A stretch of 64,000 nt of DNA, taken from NCBI GenBank assembly GCA_951406725.2, contig OX597833.1, forward strand, positions 7,316,001-7,380,000, written 5' to 3'. The notes under the pieces were generated by a model. The model was not told the DNA's origin. It saw only the letters and a list, made by a program, of their open reading frames with translations, and ran no database searches. Both the position numbers and the translations under genes were made by a program. Source of the DNA: Octopus vulgaris (lineage: Eukaryota). Below, in pieces: positions 44,755-58,136 of the stretch; position 1 is the first letter of the stretch; each line of letters opens with the position of its first letter.

Positions 44755-44790
44755 CTAAATCGTCCTCTACCGAACCCCACAATTCTATGA
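44755..44790 (+). CDS. Candidate alternative terminal exon (LNRPLPNPTIL*)
   Basis: Strong acceptor tctcgttctttcccgtttcag at 44754; phase-0 frame stops after 11 aa; AATAAA at 44855-44860. Confidence 0.35.
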   Translation, partial: LNRPLPNPTIL

Positions 44791-45365
44791 TAAAATGAAG
44801 TTGACATATACAACAGCAGACTGCTAAACGACATAAAGTAAAGTTGTAAATCCTAATAAATATTTAAATATAAAATTCCTTTAATCAAAATATTCCAGTC
44901 ATTAAGTTGTGACTCTCCTACTCTTGCTGTGGCATGCATTTAATGAAATATATATAAATATATATGTGTGTATATATATATATACAAATTTGAGTGACTT
45001 ATTTCTAACTATAACGAGATTGTCTCCCTTCAACACCCACTCTCCTGTCATAATTTGCAGTAAATATTTTCCCTGCATTTGTGAGGGAAGAAAGAATAAT
45101 TTAAACATACCTAATATAATCATGGAGTTTTGAGAACCCACATACACACAAACACAAACACACACCTTTTCTAGCTCATAAATAAATCCGCGCGCGCGTT
45201 ATTAATTTTATTAATTTTTAGATGAGTTGTAGTGCACCTGAGCACTGTACACAATTATTATTATTATTATTATACCTCGTCCTTCCTATTATGTCATATC
45301 ATTCTTTGATATGTTCCTCTATCTCTCTACCTGTCAATCTATTTGTCTTTATTCATACATACATG

Positions 45366-45429
<64 letters not shown>

Positions 45430-45444
45430 CATATATATATATGC

Positions 45445-45475
<31 letters not shown>

Positions 45476-45625
45476 TATATACATATATATATACATATAT
45501 ATATATATGTATATATATATACATATATATACATATATATATATGTATATATATTTATATATATATATAAATATATATACATACATACATATATACATAT
45601 TTATATATACATATATACATATGCA

Positions 45626-45685
<60 letters not shown>

Positions 45686-46150
45686 TGTATGTATGTATAT
45701 CAGGAGAGAAGAGAGCAAAAGTGAGCAACATGAACAGACATAAGACACATTCATGAATAAAAAAAGCCACATAAACACACATCACGCCATTCTCACGCTC
45801 TCACACTCTTTCTCTCATTCTCACGCTCTCCCCCCTCCCCCCTCTCTCTCTCTCCTCTCTCTTTCCATTCCTAAAACTACATTCACTTCTTCTCACTGAT
45901 CTTCTCACCTTCATTAAAAATCTAATCCCGTCTTGGTAGATGACATTAGTATAAGGAATTTAGAAGTAGTAGTACTAACACGGTTAACATTCCAGTAATT
46001 AAATGGTGTCTGTCTATTTAACACCACAAACTAACAGTAGTGCTGCAAATATCTAAGTTTGACTGCATGAACTGCACATAACTGGCTGGTCGATATATAA
46101 TATCTATGGTGCAAAATATATACTGTGTTAAAACGGCAACACCATAATGT

Positions 46151-46270
<120 letters not shown>

Positions 46271-46442
46271 AATATATATATATGCACATTTAGGTTTTTT
46301 AAATATCTTGTATGAATAAAACACTCAATATTAACAATTAGACTCTCTCACCAGCTAGGGATAACATAGCTCGGTCCACACACACATACACACACACACA
46401 CGCACATAAAGTATAAGGTTTTAGAATATAGTTTCAAATTAT

Positions 46443-46533
46443 TAATTTACACGTGTTTCACTGACAATCACTGAAAGGTTACGTAAGGTTAACCTTACGC
46501 AACACTTTATCACTCTTCATCTCATCAGAAGTT
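46443..46533 (-). ncRNA. Type I hammerhead ribozyme motif with greatly extended stem II
   Basis: Minus strand CTGATGA (46528-46522) ... GAAA-CACGTG-TA (46459-46448); stem II capped by the 26-bp palindrome 46478-46503; palindromic ACACGTGT stem III; stem I weak. Confidence 0.6.
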
Positions 46534-47389
46534 GTTGTGAGAAATAATATGTATTACACGGTCATATAATGAAAAGTGATAAATCTCAGACAAACCGAGA
46601 TTACTCTGTCAGATTTCACAAATTCTCACTCCTTTAGTCAGACTCTTTTAGGTTATCAAGCTATCAGGACATTGTCGATAGTTTGAAGATCAAAAGTTTC
46701 TACAATGTAGAGTAAACTCGATTGGTCAGTGTGAAGGCGGCGCGTCCTTATGGTGATCATTCGACGTGCTAACACGCATAGAGCTTGAAATAAATTAATT
46801 TTTACAAAAGGAATATATTTGCAGTAATTAAAGTACAAAATTTGGGAAGAAATAGAAATCATTTTGTTCGCTTCGTAGCTGAATCGCATTATGTTCCACG
46901 CATACGTTTGCAGCTCGCCACTGCATCCATTATCGTCGCTACAACCACCAACACTAAACACTATCAACATCAGCATTATCATAGTCATCAGCATTACCAT
47001 TACCAGCATTTTTTGCCCGTATTCTTTTTCTGTTTTTTTTTTGCAGTTTGTTCTCACGTGCAGCCACCACACTTTTGCTCTTCCATTTTTTTTTTGCCCT
47101 CCGCCTTACAACTACCTCCAAGACCACCACCGCCGCCACCAGTACCACTACTATCGACATTGCTATCACAACTGACACAACCACCTCTACCCGCACCACT
47201 CCTGTGGGCTTGTTCCTTTCTTTCTGTCTTTGTTTTAAAACTTTAATACAAAAACACATTTTTTTTCTGCTGTTCATGCATCAAGCTTTTTTTTCTGTGA
47301 GACCGTAGGACATTTTAAACTTTCAGAGATTGTTGTTTTCCAATAAATATTTTGCTGTTAACGCTCTTTACTAACCTATTATCGGTAAA

Positions 47390-47452
<63 letters not shown>

Positions 47453-48073
47453 GTATTAGTATTAGTATTATTATTTGTATCTGTATTGATATTATTTGTA
47501 TGAACATAAAAATGTAAAAGAGTGCGTCTAAACACACCACCCTATCAAACCCCCTCCTCCTACTCCCCTGAATCCAATTCTCTGTCTTTACACAAACATA
47601 CACAAATACACACTAGCACAAACATATATACACACACTTACAGACACGCGCACTCACACACATACGCATACATACACAAATACATACATACATGCATACA
47701 CCAACCCACACAAAATGTCGCTCATTACGAAGATGTAGAATTATCTACACCAAAACATATACATTCACAAAACGAAACAATTGTTGGTGTCTTAAGAACC
47801 CTTACTTATAATTCTACCCGAAACAATTCCCCTTTTACCAAAACCAACCCCTTTGTTTGTCCCCTGTTATTCCCCCCATGACCTCCACCTCCGCATCTCC
47901 GCCTCTTTTATAGAATTATGTTTCATATCCACATTTGAAATCTCTTCGCGGAGATGAATTCTGAAATTAAAAATTAAGCTTAGCTTCTATATGTATGCAT
48001 ATTTAATACTTCTATATATATTTATATACAATCTTGTAAGATGTTAATACATGTTAATGCTTCCTACATGGCG

Positions 48074-48131
<58 letters not shown>

Positions 48132-48480
48132 CGTACGTTCATGTATCTATATTTAATTAGACATAAGCTGATTGGTTTTATTCTAAGTAATTTTGTTTTT
48201 AATTATTAAAACTTCCATCCGTTTCATCGATGGTAACTGACGTTCGATTTATAACTATACGAAAGGTTCACACCAGATATAAGAATAACAACAACAACAA
48301 CCATAACAACAACAACAATAACAACCACAGCAACTACACATAATGTTGTTGTGGATTTTTTTACTTTGCTATTATTATAGAATAATGTAAGGATATTAAA
48401 CAATATAAAATGTAAATATGCAAAGCAAATTAAAACATGTCTCAACCTAATTGTATGTACACATGTGTATACTTATACGC

Positions 48481-48525
<45 letters not shown>

Positions 48526-49080
48526 TATATATATGTATATGCATATACATGTGTGTGTGCATGCGTGCATGATCACAGTCCACTGGTAACTAATGAACCC
48601 AGCACTTGATAACAAACAGATACTGTAGGCTTGCAATATGCATAAACACATACATACATACATATACACATACGTACGTACGTATTCAATATGACTTACT
48701 CCACCAATATCTCATTTTGATCAAATCAATTCCTATAAAACTTCAACTGGAGGTGAGTTTTGAATACACACACACACACAAATATATGTGAATCGAACCT
48801 GATCTATATCGATGAAATGGATGTTATATAAATGATCATAATATCATAAATAAATACATAAAAAAATTATAAAGGAAAGCTAATTAGCTGTTACGTTAAT
48901 TATATGTAATGTAATAACGTGTGTAAACATCGTCGAGATGTGAATGTATATTTATATATATTTAATATTTACATAATTTCTAAATTAAAATAATGTTTAA
49001 ATAATATAATTTTTATTCATATATTATAACGAAATGTCTGAATTAAACTGAATTTGTACATTAGCTCATAAATCTTTGTC

Positions 49081-49145
<65 letters not shown>

Positions 49146-49146
<1 letters not shown>

Positions 49147-49345
49147 GGCGGCGAGCTGGCAGAATCGTTAGAGCGTCAACCAAAATACCTTACGGCATAT
49201 TTGTTATAACCCCCTTTTACGAACACAGTTATGATCCCATCGATTTTTGCCTCTGGACCCTTTCGGGGTCGATAAAATAATTTCCAGTCAAGTACTGGAG
49301 TCGATGTAATTGCTCAACTCCTTCCTTGCACCTGTAATATGAAAA

Positions 49346-49416
<71 letters not shown>

Positions 49417-49915
49417 AGGCGGCGAGCTGGCAGAATCATTACCGCATCGCAGAAAATGCTTAGCGCCATTTCTTCCGTCTTTACGATCAGAGTTCAAATT
49501 CCACGGAGGTCGACTTTGCCTTTCATCCTTTCGGGGTCGATTAAATAAGTACCAGTTGAACACTGGGGTCGATGACGTAATCTCCTATCCCCCGTCCCAC
49601 CAAATTTCAGGCCTTGAGCCAATATAAGGAAGGGTTATTATTTGATCCCCTTATCGATGTCTCTGTGCCTAATAAAAGAAATTCTTCTTCTTGTTATTAT
49701 CATTATTATTAAGCTGGTAGAATTGGTAGCAAGCCAGGTAAAATGCTTAGCGGCATTTCGTCCGTTTTGAGTTCAAATTCCACAGAGGCTGGCTTTGCCC
49801 TTCATCCTTTCGAGGTCGATAAATCAATTACCAGTGAAACACTGGGGTCGATGTAATCGACTTACCCGCTCCCCCACAATCAAATTTCAGGCTTTGTGCC
49901 TTTAGCAGATAGGAT
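49146..49915 (+). mobile_element. Chain of three dominant SINE copies (49146-49345, 49417-49636, 49712-49915) separated and flanked by (ATT)n
   Basis: Copies closest to consensus, e.g. AAGGCGGCGAGCTGGCAGAATC...GAGTTCAAATTCC...GAGGTCGACTTTGCCTTTCATCCTTTCGGGGTCGAT. Confidence 0.92.
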
Positions 49916-49925
49916 TATGATTATG

Positions 49926-50014
<89 letters not shown>

Positions 50015-50139
50015 CATTATTATTATTATTAACTTAAAAAAGAGCTCGCTAGTCATGTGTAGTTATTGTCTATGATGATGTTGATGTTGATGATGATGAT
50101 GGAAATTGTTTAAAGTGTTCATATTGTTTTCAAACGCAG

Positions 50140-50238
50140 GCTTTATTGGTTGGCGATGATAAGCTCGCAGAACCGGGTCACCCACGCAGAACCAGGAGGC
50201 ACTACTATCCAGAGAGGCCGGTTCATAGAGATCTTCAG
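50140..50238 (+). CDS. Coding exon E, 99 nt (ALLVGDDKLAEPGHPRRTRRHYYPERPVHRDLQ); not in the ORF track
   Basis: Acceptor ttgttttcaaacgcag at 50139, donor CAG/GTAAAA at 50239; symmetric phase 0; GC-rich island with the same R/Y/H/P bias as exon D. Confidence 0.75.
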
Positions 50239-50322
50239 GTAAAAACGGCAACAACTACAACAACAACAACAACAAATGATTTTTAGAAAAATACAAGGGG
50301 AAAATGGGCAAATGTTTATTTA

Positions 50323-50376
<54 letters not shown>

Positions 50377-50469
50377 AAAATGATGATGATGATGTTGATG
50401 ATGATGATGATGATGACGATGATGACGATGACAACAATGGTGTTTAATTAAAATCCTAATTGTTATTAC

Positions 50470-51285
50470 AGAAATCGGTAGAGCGACGGAGGAGAATCCC
50501 AGGGTGATGTTTCAGTTTGTATGTTGAATTCCCTTTATGTGTTCTGGGGTTCAATTCCCGCCAAGGTCAGCTTTGCCTTTCATCCTTCCAAGGTCGATAA
50601 AATAAAGTACCAGTCATGCACTGGAGATCGATATAATCGATTACACTCCGCAATTCTTGCCCCACAAAAAAAGAAAAAAAAAAGAAAAAAAAAGAAAAAA
50701 TATGTTGGCGTTGTGGCTCTGTAAGATGATGACGACGATGATGATTATGATGATAATGATGACGACGACGACGACGACGACGATGATGATGATGTTGTTT
50801 ACAAATGACTTTTTAATTTTTATTTTATTTTAATAATATATTTCATTGCTTTTTTTTTTCAATTCTCTGTGATTTCAAGTGGATTGTTATTCGATAAAAT
50901 ACCAGTGAAATACTGAGGTCGATGTAATTGTTATGATGGGCGAGTAATCTTGGCGAACCGGTTTCAAATTCTTATGATGTTTATTTCACTTCTCGTCAAT
51001 GTCTTATTTTCAACAACCTCAGCGACAATGAAGGATATTTTAAAATTAAAGTTATTTTAATATTAATCGTAACGTCTGTAAGCATCTCACTTTAAGGCGT
51101 CGAGCTGGCAGAACCGTTAGCATTTCTTCTGTCTTTTAGCTCTGAGTTCAAATTCCGCCGAGGTCGACTTTGACTTTCATCTTTCATGGCTGTTAAAATA
51201 AGTACTGGTTGCGTACTGGAGTCAATGTAATCGACTTACCCACCTCCCCCACCGAACTTTCTAGCCATTTTCCCAAATTTGGAAC
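50470..51285 (+). mobile_element. Further dominant SINE copies (about 50470-50720, fragment 50885-50935, 51094-51285)
   Basis: Consensus blocks as above. Confidence 0.8.
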
Positions 51286-51299
51286 TGTTATTACTCGTG

Positions 51300-51530
51300 A
51301 AGGTGCATGACCAGGTTGTTAAGATGTTGCGGGTAAGGTGGTGGTTTCGATTCCCTGACCAAGCTGCTGTGTTCTCGAGTAAACAAAAATTATTCTTATG
51401 TTGTTCCAGTCCACTTAGCTGTGAATGAGTAACCCTGCAATATAGTGGCATTCCGTTCCTCGGTGAGGATGTCACTTACACGCCATCGAAGCACGGTGAG
51501 CGATCCTATGAGTTCTAAAGCTTAAGGCAG
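51300..51530 (+). mobile_element. Second-family tRNA-derived SINE
   Basis: GGTGCATGACC.GGTTGTTAAG head, GTTTCGATTCCC B-box, TGTGTTCT.GAG core, CCAGTCCACT.AGCTG..AATGAGTA. Confidence 0.6.
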
Positions 51531-52205
51531 CGTTTACTTAACAATAATAATCTTTTACATATTAAAGATTTAAAAAACCAAAAATTAGATTAGTTGATTA
51601 GTTAAGCTGCCTGCTTAGAATTCCTTTATGGCATAATTCCTTATGGTTTATTCATCGTGGCACAACATATCTTAATTCCCCTCCGGGGCCGCCTTTATAC
51701 AACCACCAACTGTCTACCAGCTCGAAATAAATATATGCTTCACGCCAGAGCATAAATGTGCAGGTGAGAGATTTAACCCGTTTAATCAATGGTAATAATT
51801 AAATGTTTTGTTAATGAAACGTATAGCTGGCTTTTTTACTTCTGTTGTCAATCAGCATTATAAGCCATTTGTAATCGCACTGAAATAATCTCTCATACTA
51901 AATCCCTTCTTTTGTTACCAAATTCCATTAAACTCTTAACTCGCAACCTCTTTATATCGTCCCACAAATTGTGTTAATTTATCCACTTTTCACTTGAAAT
52001 CTCGTTGCAGTCATTTGTAAACAACATGTTGCTATTAGCAACGTCTGTTTTCTTGTGAATTTTTTTCCTTTTATTATTGCTGTTAATATTGTTGTTGCTA
52101 TTGTTGCTAATGCTTCTAATGTTGCTATTGCTGCTATACTGTGTTTCAGTGAGAGGGAGATTAAACAACAACGTCTACAAACGAGAACATGCTTCAGCCA
52201 CGTTC

Positions 52206-52371
<166 letters not shown>

Positions 52372-53201
52372 CTTTCTATTGCTTATTATTGCTTTGTCAT
52401 TGTAACCATTGTAACTTGTGCACATATATGTATTTTAAATGTTTTTCAGTGTATTCATATACAACATATGTAAATATGTACAGAAATGGGTGCATTAATG
52501 AAAGAAAGTTGCACTCAACATATGTTGTTGAATTCAAATATTTGTATAAATAGTTTGACATAGATTTGCATTGCTAAAAGCATTATGGACAAAAAATTGT
52601 ATCGTTCGAACGCTTTAATACTGGATGATGAGGCGGTCGTAGTTTCTAAATAAGAATGGTTAACATTGGACGATTAGATGATTAGTCGGCGATTGCAGTA
52701 GGTGGCTGCTTAATGAGAGACATCTCTGGTGAAAGAGATCGGAATAATCATCCTTGATTTCGTTAGAAATTCCAGTGAAATTATAGCCTCAGTAAGATTT
52801 ATGGAGCAGGATTAACAATGAATGGTATAAAATTTCTCGCAGAGAGTTCCGTTAGTGGCAAATATATGACAGTTTGGATTCTTATAAAGCGACACAGCAG
52901 GCTGATACAGTATGAAAAGTTTCTCACAGAGACAGAGACCTCTATTGCCGGGTGAACACATTGCTTTGGAGTCATTGTTTGTATGCCAACAGATGGAGTA
53001 AGGGTCACATTATAGGCCAATGCTTTAGAAAAGCAGAGACCTCTTTGGACACAAATTGATTTTGGCAATAGTAAGTGTATACCTGAAGTAAGGCCTGCGT
53101 AAGCATATGCCATTCTTATTATAGGATGCGATGTTGACGTGATATTGTTCAGGTAAGAATCACTAGTCATAACATTATACTCATTGTAAACTTGTGATTA
53201 T

Positions 53202-53287
<86 letters not shown>

Positions 53288-53642
53288 TGCTACTTAATGC
53301 CTAATTAAAAATAAAAGGTTTCATAAATTTTATTTTCTGAAGCTTTTAATTTTAACAAAATTTATAACGAAAGCAAGACCACTCCGATCTGATCTGCCAG
53401 AGTTTCCACCCATTCAACAGCTGCCTGTCGGTCGCTATAACACTTGGAAAGGGCCGAATTACCGATTATGCGGTATGTTCCTTATTGGCCAGTGAGAACG
53501 AGCCTCACTTGTCATCTAATGAGAGTTGGTCTTCTTTAGAAGTCATGACTACCTATTCACTCAGTGGTAAAGCGTCCGAACGATCACACAAATGATGCGC
53601 CTGTAAAGCTTTTAGTAATGCAAATCTGAGTCTGACCGTTTA

Positions 53643-53708
<66 letters not shown>

Positions 53709-53754
53709 ACATGTACATACATATACATACATATATGTATGCATATGTATACAT

Positions 53755-53794
<40 letters not shown>

Positions 53795-54937
53795 GTGTGT
53801 TTGTGCATTTTTACATAATGAAATGATATTGTAATGTACTCGGAGTTGCTGGCTGCTCTTGTTTCAGAACATGAACAGTTCTAATAATTCCTTCATTTGC
53901 TCCACACCCGGGATTTCTACCCTTACCCACACATTCCCGACTCATTCTTTCATTTTACTTTATTTTATTTATGTATTTATTTACGGTTTACACCCTTGAA
54001 AGTATTTAATGTGCGTAAGTAGAAGCCAGGCCTTCCCTTCACCTGAACCCTTACATCAACCTTAAAGAGCCGATTGACTTAGACATTATTGTGCAAACGG
54101 CGACCGCTTTTTGTAAGTCACTTCTGATACTGTGACGCAAATAAATATTCCTTATAGTATTTTTAATGAAAGCGCCGTGGCCAATGTTTAAAAACCTTCT
54201 TGTATTTCCTTGGAGGATATTATTAACAGTACAACAAAGACGGCGAGATGGCTTAATCGGTAGAGTTTTGATAAAATGCGTCGAGCTTTTTTCGACTCTT
54301 TACGTTATTTTAAATAACACTGAAATCATATTTCAAATAAATTTTATCAAAACTGAATTTTGAATCAAGTTTTACAAAGACTTGTTGTTTCATTCAACTT
54401 GATTTTGGTTGTGGAAATAACTGTCTTTAAATTTATTATTTTAAATTTAATCGTATAAAAATTGAAATCGTATAAAAATTGAAACCGTATAAAAATTTAG
54501 TAAAAATAACATTGAAAATAATATACCATTTAGTCGAATTTTGGTTTGCTGTAGCAGAAAAAGGGTATCGAAATGAGGACGTTTAAAATGGGATTTTTCT
54601 CGAAAGGAGAAAATAAAATTGTTGGTACTTCTGTGGGGCCTTTTTTTATCAAACATGCAACCAGCAACTTTGATGGGTACAAGGCAATAGATCTGAAAAA
54701 CTACATGAATTATGAACTTATATAAACAATCAGAAGTATCCCACTGAGTATTGAACCCGCGAATACAGTATATTATAAATGAGGCACGGATTTTAGCTTC
54801 CGTGATTGAAGGGGTTCATTGCTCGTTTTACATCTAATTGTTTATGTTCGTTCATATAATACCTACATATATATATATATACGTGTATTCCAATGTATTT
54901 TTCGTGACTGCCTACTCTCGGTCCATCAATGTTTCAG

Positions 54938-55000
54938 GAAAGTCTTGCTTCGATGGGGATCCCAGACACCAGCGGCTTGAGAGCATCAAGACCCCCCGGC
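54938..55000 (+). CDS. Candidate coding exon F, 63 nt (ESLASMGIPDTSGLRASRPPG in phase 0)
   Basis: Acceptor aatgtttcag at 54937, donor C/GTGAGT at 55001; GC-rich island; length divisible by 3; a second frame is also open. Confidence 0.6.
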
Positions 55001-55137
55001 GTGAGTACATTTACATCCTCATCTAATAAAACGACGTCGTATTATCTTTGTCTGTTTGTTGTTGTTGTTGTTATTAATTTCATCATTGTTACTGGTGTTG
55101 TTATTGTTGCTGTATATCATGTTTGTTTCTTATTTGT

Positions 55138-55196
<59 letters not shown>

Positions 55197-56025
55197 TGTG
55201 TGTGTGACTTTAATAATTATTCTGCCAGAAGTGTATAAATAAAAGTAATTTGTTAATATTCGTGGTTTCTATTTCGGTGCTTTATTATTCCGGTCTTTTT
55301 ATGGTATTTAGGTGGCTGAATGGTTAAGACGCTCGCTTTACAATCACACATCTTCGGGTTCAAATGTGCGTCTGTTATATATTGTTATATATAAAATAAG
55401 ATTATTATAGACTTCATTAATTTACTGAAGCTACGATTGAACCCTTATCCGTCGAACTTAAAAAACATTATTATTATTTTCATCTCGGTTCTCGTTTCAA
55501 ATCACACCGAGCTTTTAGACACCGTCTTTCATCGTCCCGGGGCTTAATTTTTAAAAATTCATTGGAAACTCTCCTCTTCACATGAAAAATACACACACAC
55601 ACACGACATATGACATAGACAAGTACAGGTATATCAAATAACATAAAATTTTGATTTATTAGAATTACCTTCACCTCTAGAGGAAGTGTCGTAATTGCCA
55701 AATGAAAATAAAGACCAGCTTCAGATGAGAAAGGGGGAGATAAACTGAAGTATCCAGAATGCTCCACAGTTGACATGCCATTAAGGAAGATAAGAGGATA
55801 GTCGTGGGCAGGTGTTTCTGACTCAATATTCTTCGTCTGCAAGACAATTGTCCGATCTCATAGATTCCCTCTTAGCAATATTGACTTTGAATGTGAGTAA
55901 AACCTGTTGTCCTGCAGATACGGCAGATCCACTTCAGAACGAGTTGAAGCTGTACCACAATTGAGTGAAGCAACTTTACTTTTAATCGGTCAGCCCAGAG
56001 GTTCTTCGAGCATGTCTTCGGTGAC

Positions 56026-56270
56026 GGTGCGTGGTCTGTTGGTTAGGGTGTTGCACTTACAATGTCGTGATCGTGATTTCGATTCATGAACCAGGCAACT
56101 GGTGTGTTCTTCATCAAAACACTTAATTACACCTTGATTCAATTCACTCTTATCAGTAACTGAGTAATTCTGGGACGGACTGGTATCCCTTTCAGGGGCA
56201 ATGTTGTGATACCGGTCACGCACGTACCATGGAAACCGTGTAACCTTCTCCATGAATCTTAGGGCTCGAA
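56026..56270 (+). mobile_element. Second-family tRNA-derived SINE
   Basis: GGTGCGTGGTCTGTTGGTTAGGGTG head, TTTCGATTC box, body similar to 51300-51530. Confidence 0.6.
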
Positions 56271-56493
56271 ACAATAAAACCCCCTGATTATGTTGCAGAT
56301 AATGTACCCTTTGTTATAACCTGGGGTATTGGCGTACCCTTTGCTACGACTATATTGTAAAATGATTAGTTACTATAACAGACAGCTAAGGGTACCAGTT
56401 TAATGCTAACCATAGAACAGAAACTATATAATAGAAATATTAAAATTACTAAGTCTCTCTAAAAGAGATTACGGCAGCGTTACTGGAAATTAA

Positions 56494-56649
56494 TTGTTAT
56501 CGCCATATTAATATGGCAGTCTTATAGATATAAGACTAAAGCTGTTTGTGTGTCAAATAGCTAGCTTAAGGCGATGGCCTCATGGAGCTAATCAGCGACA
56601 GCTTTAGTCTTATATCTATAAGACTGCCATATTAATATGGCAATAACAA
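56494..56649. repeat. Inverted repeat with 52-bp arms (56494-56545 / 56598-56649, one mismatch), each arm built from two smaller palindromes
   Basis: GCCATATTAATATGGC and AGTCTTATA-GA-TATAAGACT in each arm; 14-bp direct repeat AGAAACTATATAAT at 56419-56432 and 56649-56662. Confidence 0.95.
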
Positions 56650-56689
56650 GAAACTATATAATTTGTTATTAATTATATTTGTAAGAAAG

Positions 56690-56903
56690 AGGCAAGTTGG
56701 CAGAATCATTAGAATGTCGAAAAATAACACCCTACGGCATTGATTCAGCGCGTCTTTACATTCTGAGTTCAAATCCCGCCAAGGGCCAATATTCCCTTTC
56801 ATCCTTTCGAGTTCGATAAAATAAAGTACAGTGAAGTACTGAGGCTGATAGCATCAACTTGAATCCCCTCGAAAAGACTGTCCTTCTTGCGAAATCGGAA
56901 ACC
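56690..56903 (+). mobile_element. Dominant SINE copy
   Basis: GGCAAGTTGGCAGAATCATTAG...TTCTGAGTTCAAATCCCGCC...TTTCATCCTTTCGAG.TCGATAAAATAAAGTAC. Confidence 0.85.
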
Positions 56904-58010
56904 ATAAATTATATTTAGATATCAAGACTCTCAAAGAACGTACTCAACGCAATATTTTTTATAAATAGTAATTCCAATGTTTTTACGAATCATGCGCGCC
57001 CCAATAAATTCTTTTGCATACCCTAAAAGTGCGTGTACCCTAATTTGAGAACTCTTAGATTTGTCTCAAGTGCAAAGAATGTGCCAATAATCATTTCCAG
57101 TTCCCCCAAGACTAGTTATTAGTTATTACCTTCTCTGAATACTCCAGAGGCCGAAACTCTCACCGGCACCAAGAACAAGGACAATCCCGATAATGAGCTT
57201 CACACAGTTTCCATCTTCCAAATCCCACTCCTCCCAAAACTTTGGTCGATTCGATGATATGTGTGAAGATACGTGCCCAAGCGGCCGTGCAATAGGATTG
57301 TAGTTAGAAAATAAATCTAAGCCATACATTTACTAATAAAAGACAGAAACTTCTAGTTCCCATTCTGCCGTTCTTTAAAAACAGTCATATCTTATTAACG
57401 AATCTATTTTCATCATTATGTCCCAAATTCTTCGATATTTCGTGAGAGAGTATAAGAGGCAAGTATAATGATGTAACAACCTATATGTGGTAAAATATTT
57501 GTTGTTTTATAGAACAAGTGTGGTATAGTAGGTGATGTATAAATAGGGTAGAGGGGAGAGGAGATGGATAAGGGTGGTAGCTGTAATGATAGCGGCAGTG
57601 TGAGCAGGTTAGTGGGGGGGGCGTAGGTAAAGCTCACGGCTGTTGTTAAGAGTGCTCCAATGCCTTCTCCCAAAATTAGACATTTATCAGCCACAATAAA
57701 AGACAAGGAAGTCTTCGACATTTAACAGACACAGATGTCTCCTTCTCCCTCCCGCTCCCTCCTCCCTGTATGTAAGTATAAATAAATAAATAAATAAATA
57801 TATATATATATATATACACACGCGCATACTTGCACATATATGTCTATATATACATATATAATACGCACGTACACACATGCCACAAGAGAGTGTTTCTTTC
57901 TATAAATAAAAATAAAGAACATTAATTGTGTAAACTATTCATCAGATTAAAATTCGAAGTTACTGTCAAAAAAAATTATTGTCTACGATTACAAACGAAA
58001 GAGCACTACA

Positions 58011-58136
<126 letters not shown>

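Noticed and set aside
52799-53170. 123-aa minus-strand ORF
   Set aside because: No recognisable domain or splice context; at most a very old LINE relic
55311-55370. tRNA-like sequence GGTGGCTGAATGGTTAAGACGC...GGGTTCAAAT
   Set aside because: No complete cloverleaf; most likely an isolated SINE head
55919-55970. Possible next exon after tcctgcag
   Set aside because: Weak pyrimidine tract, ambiguous frame and no clear donor
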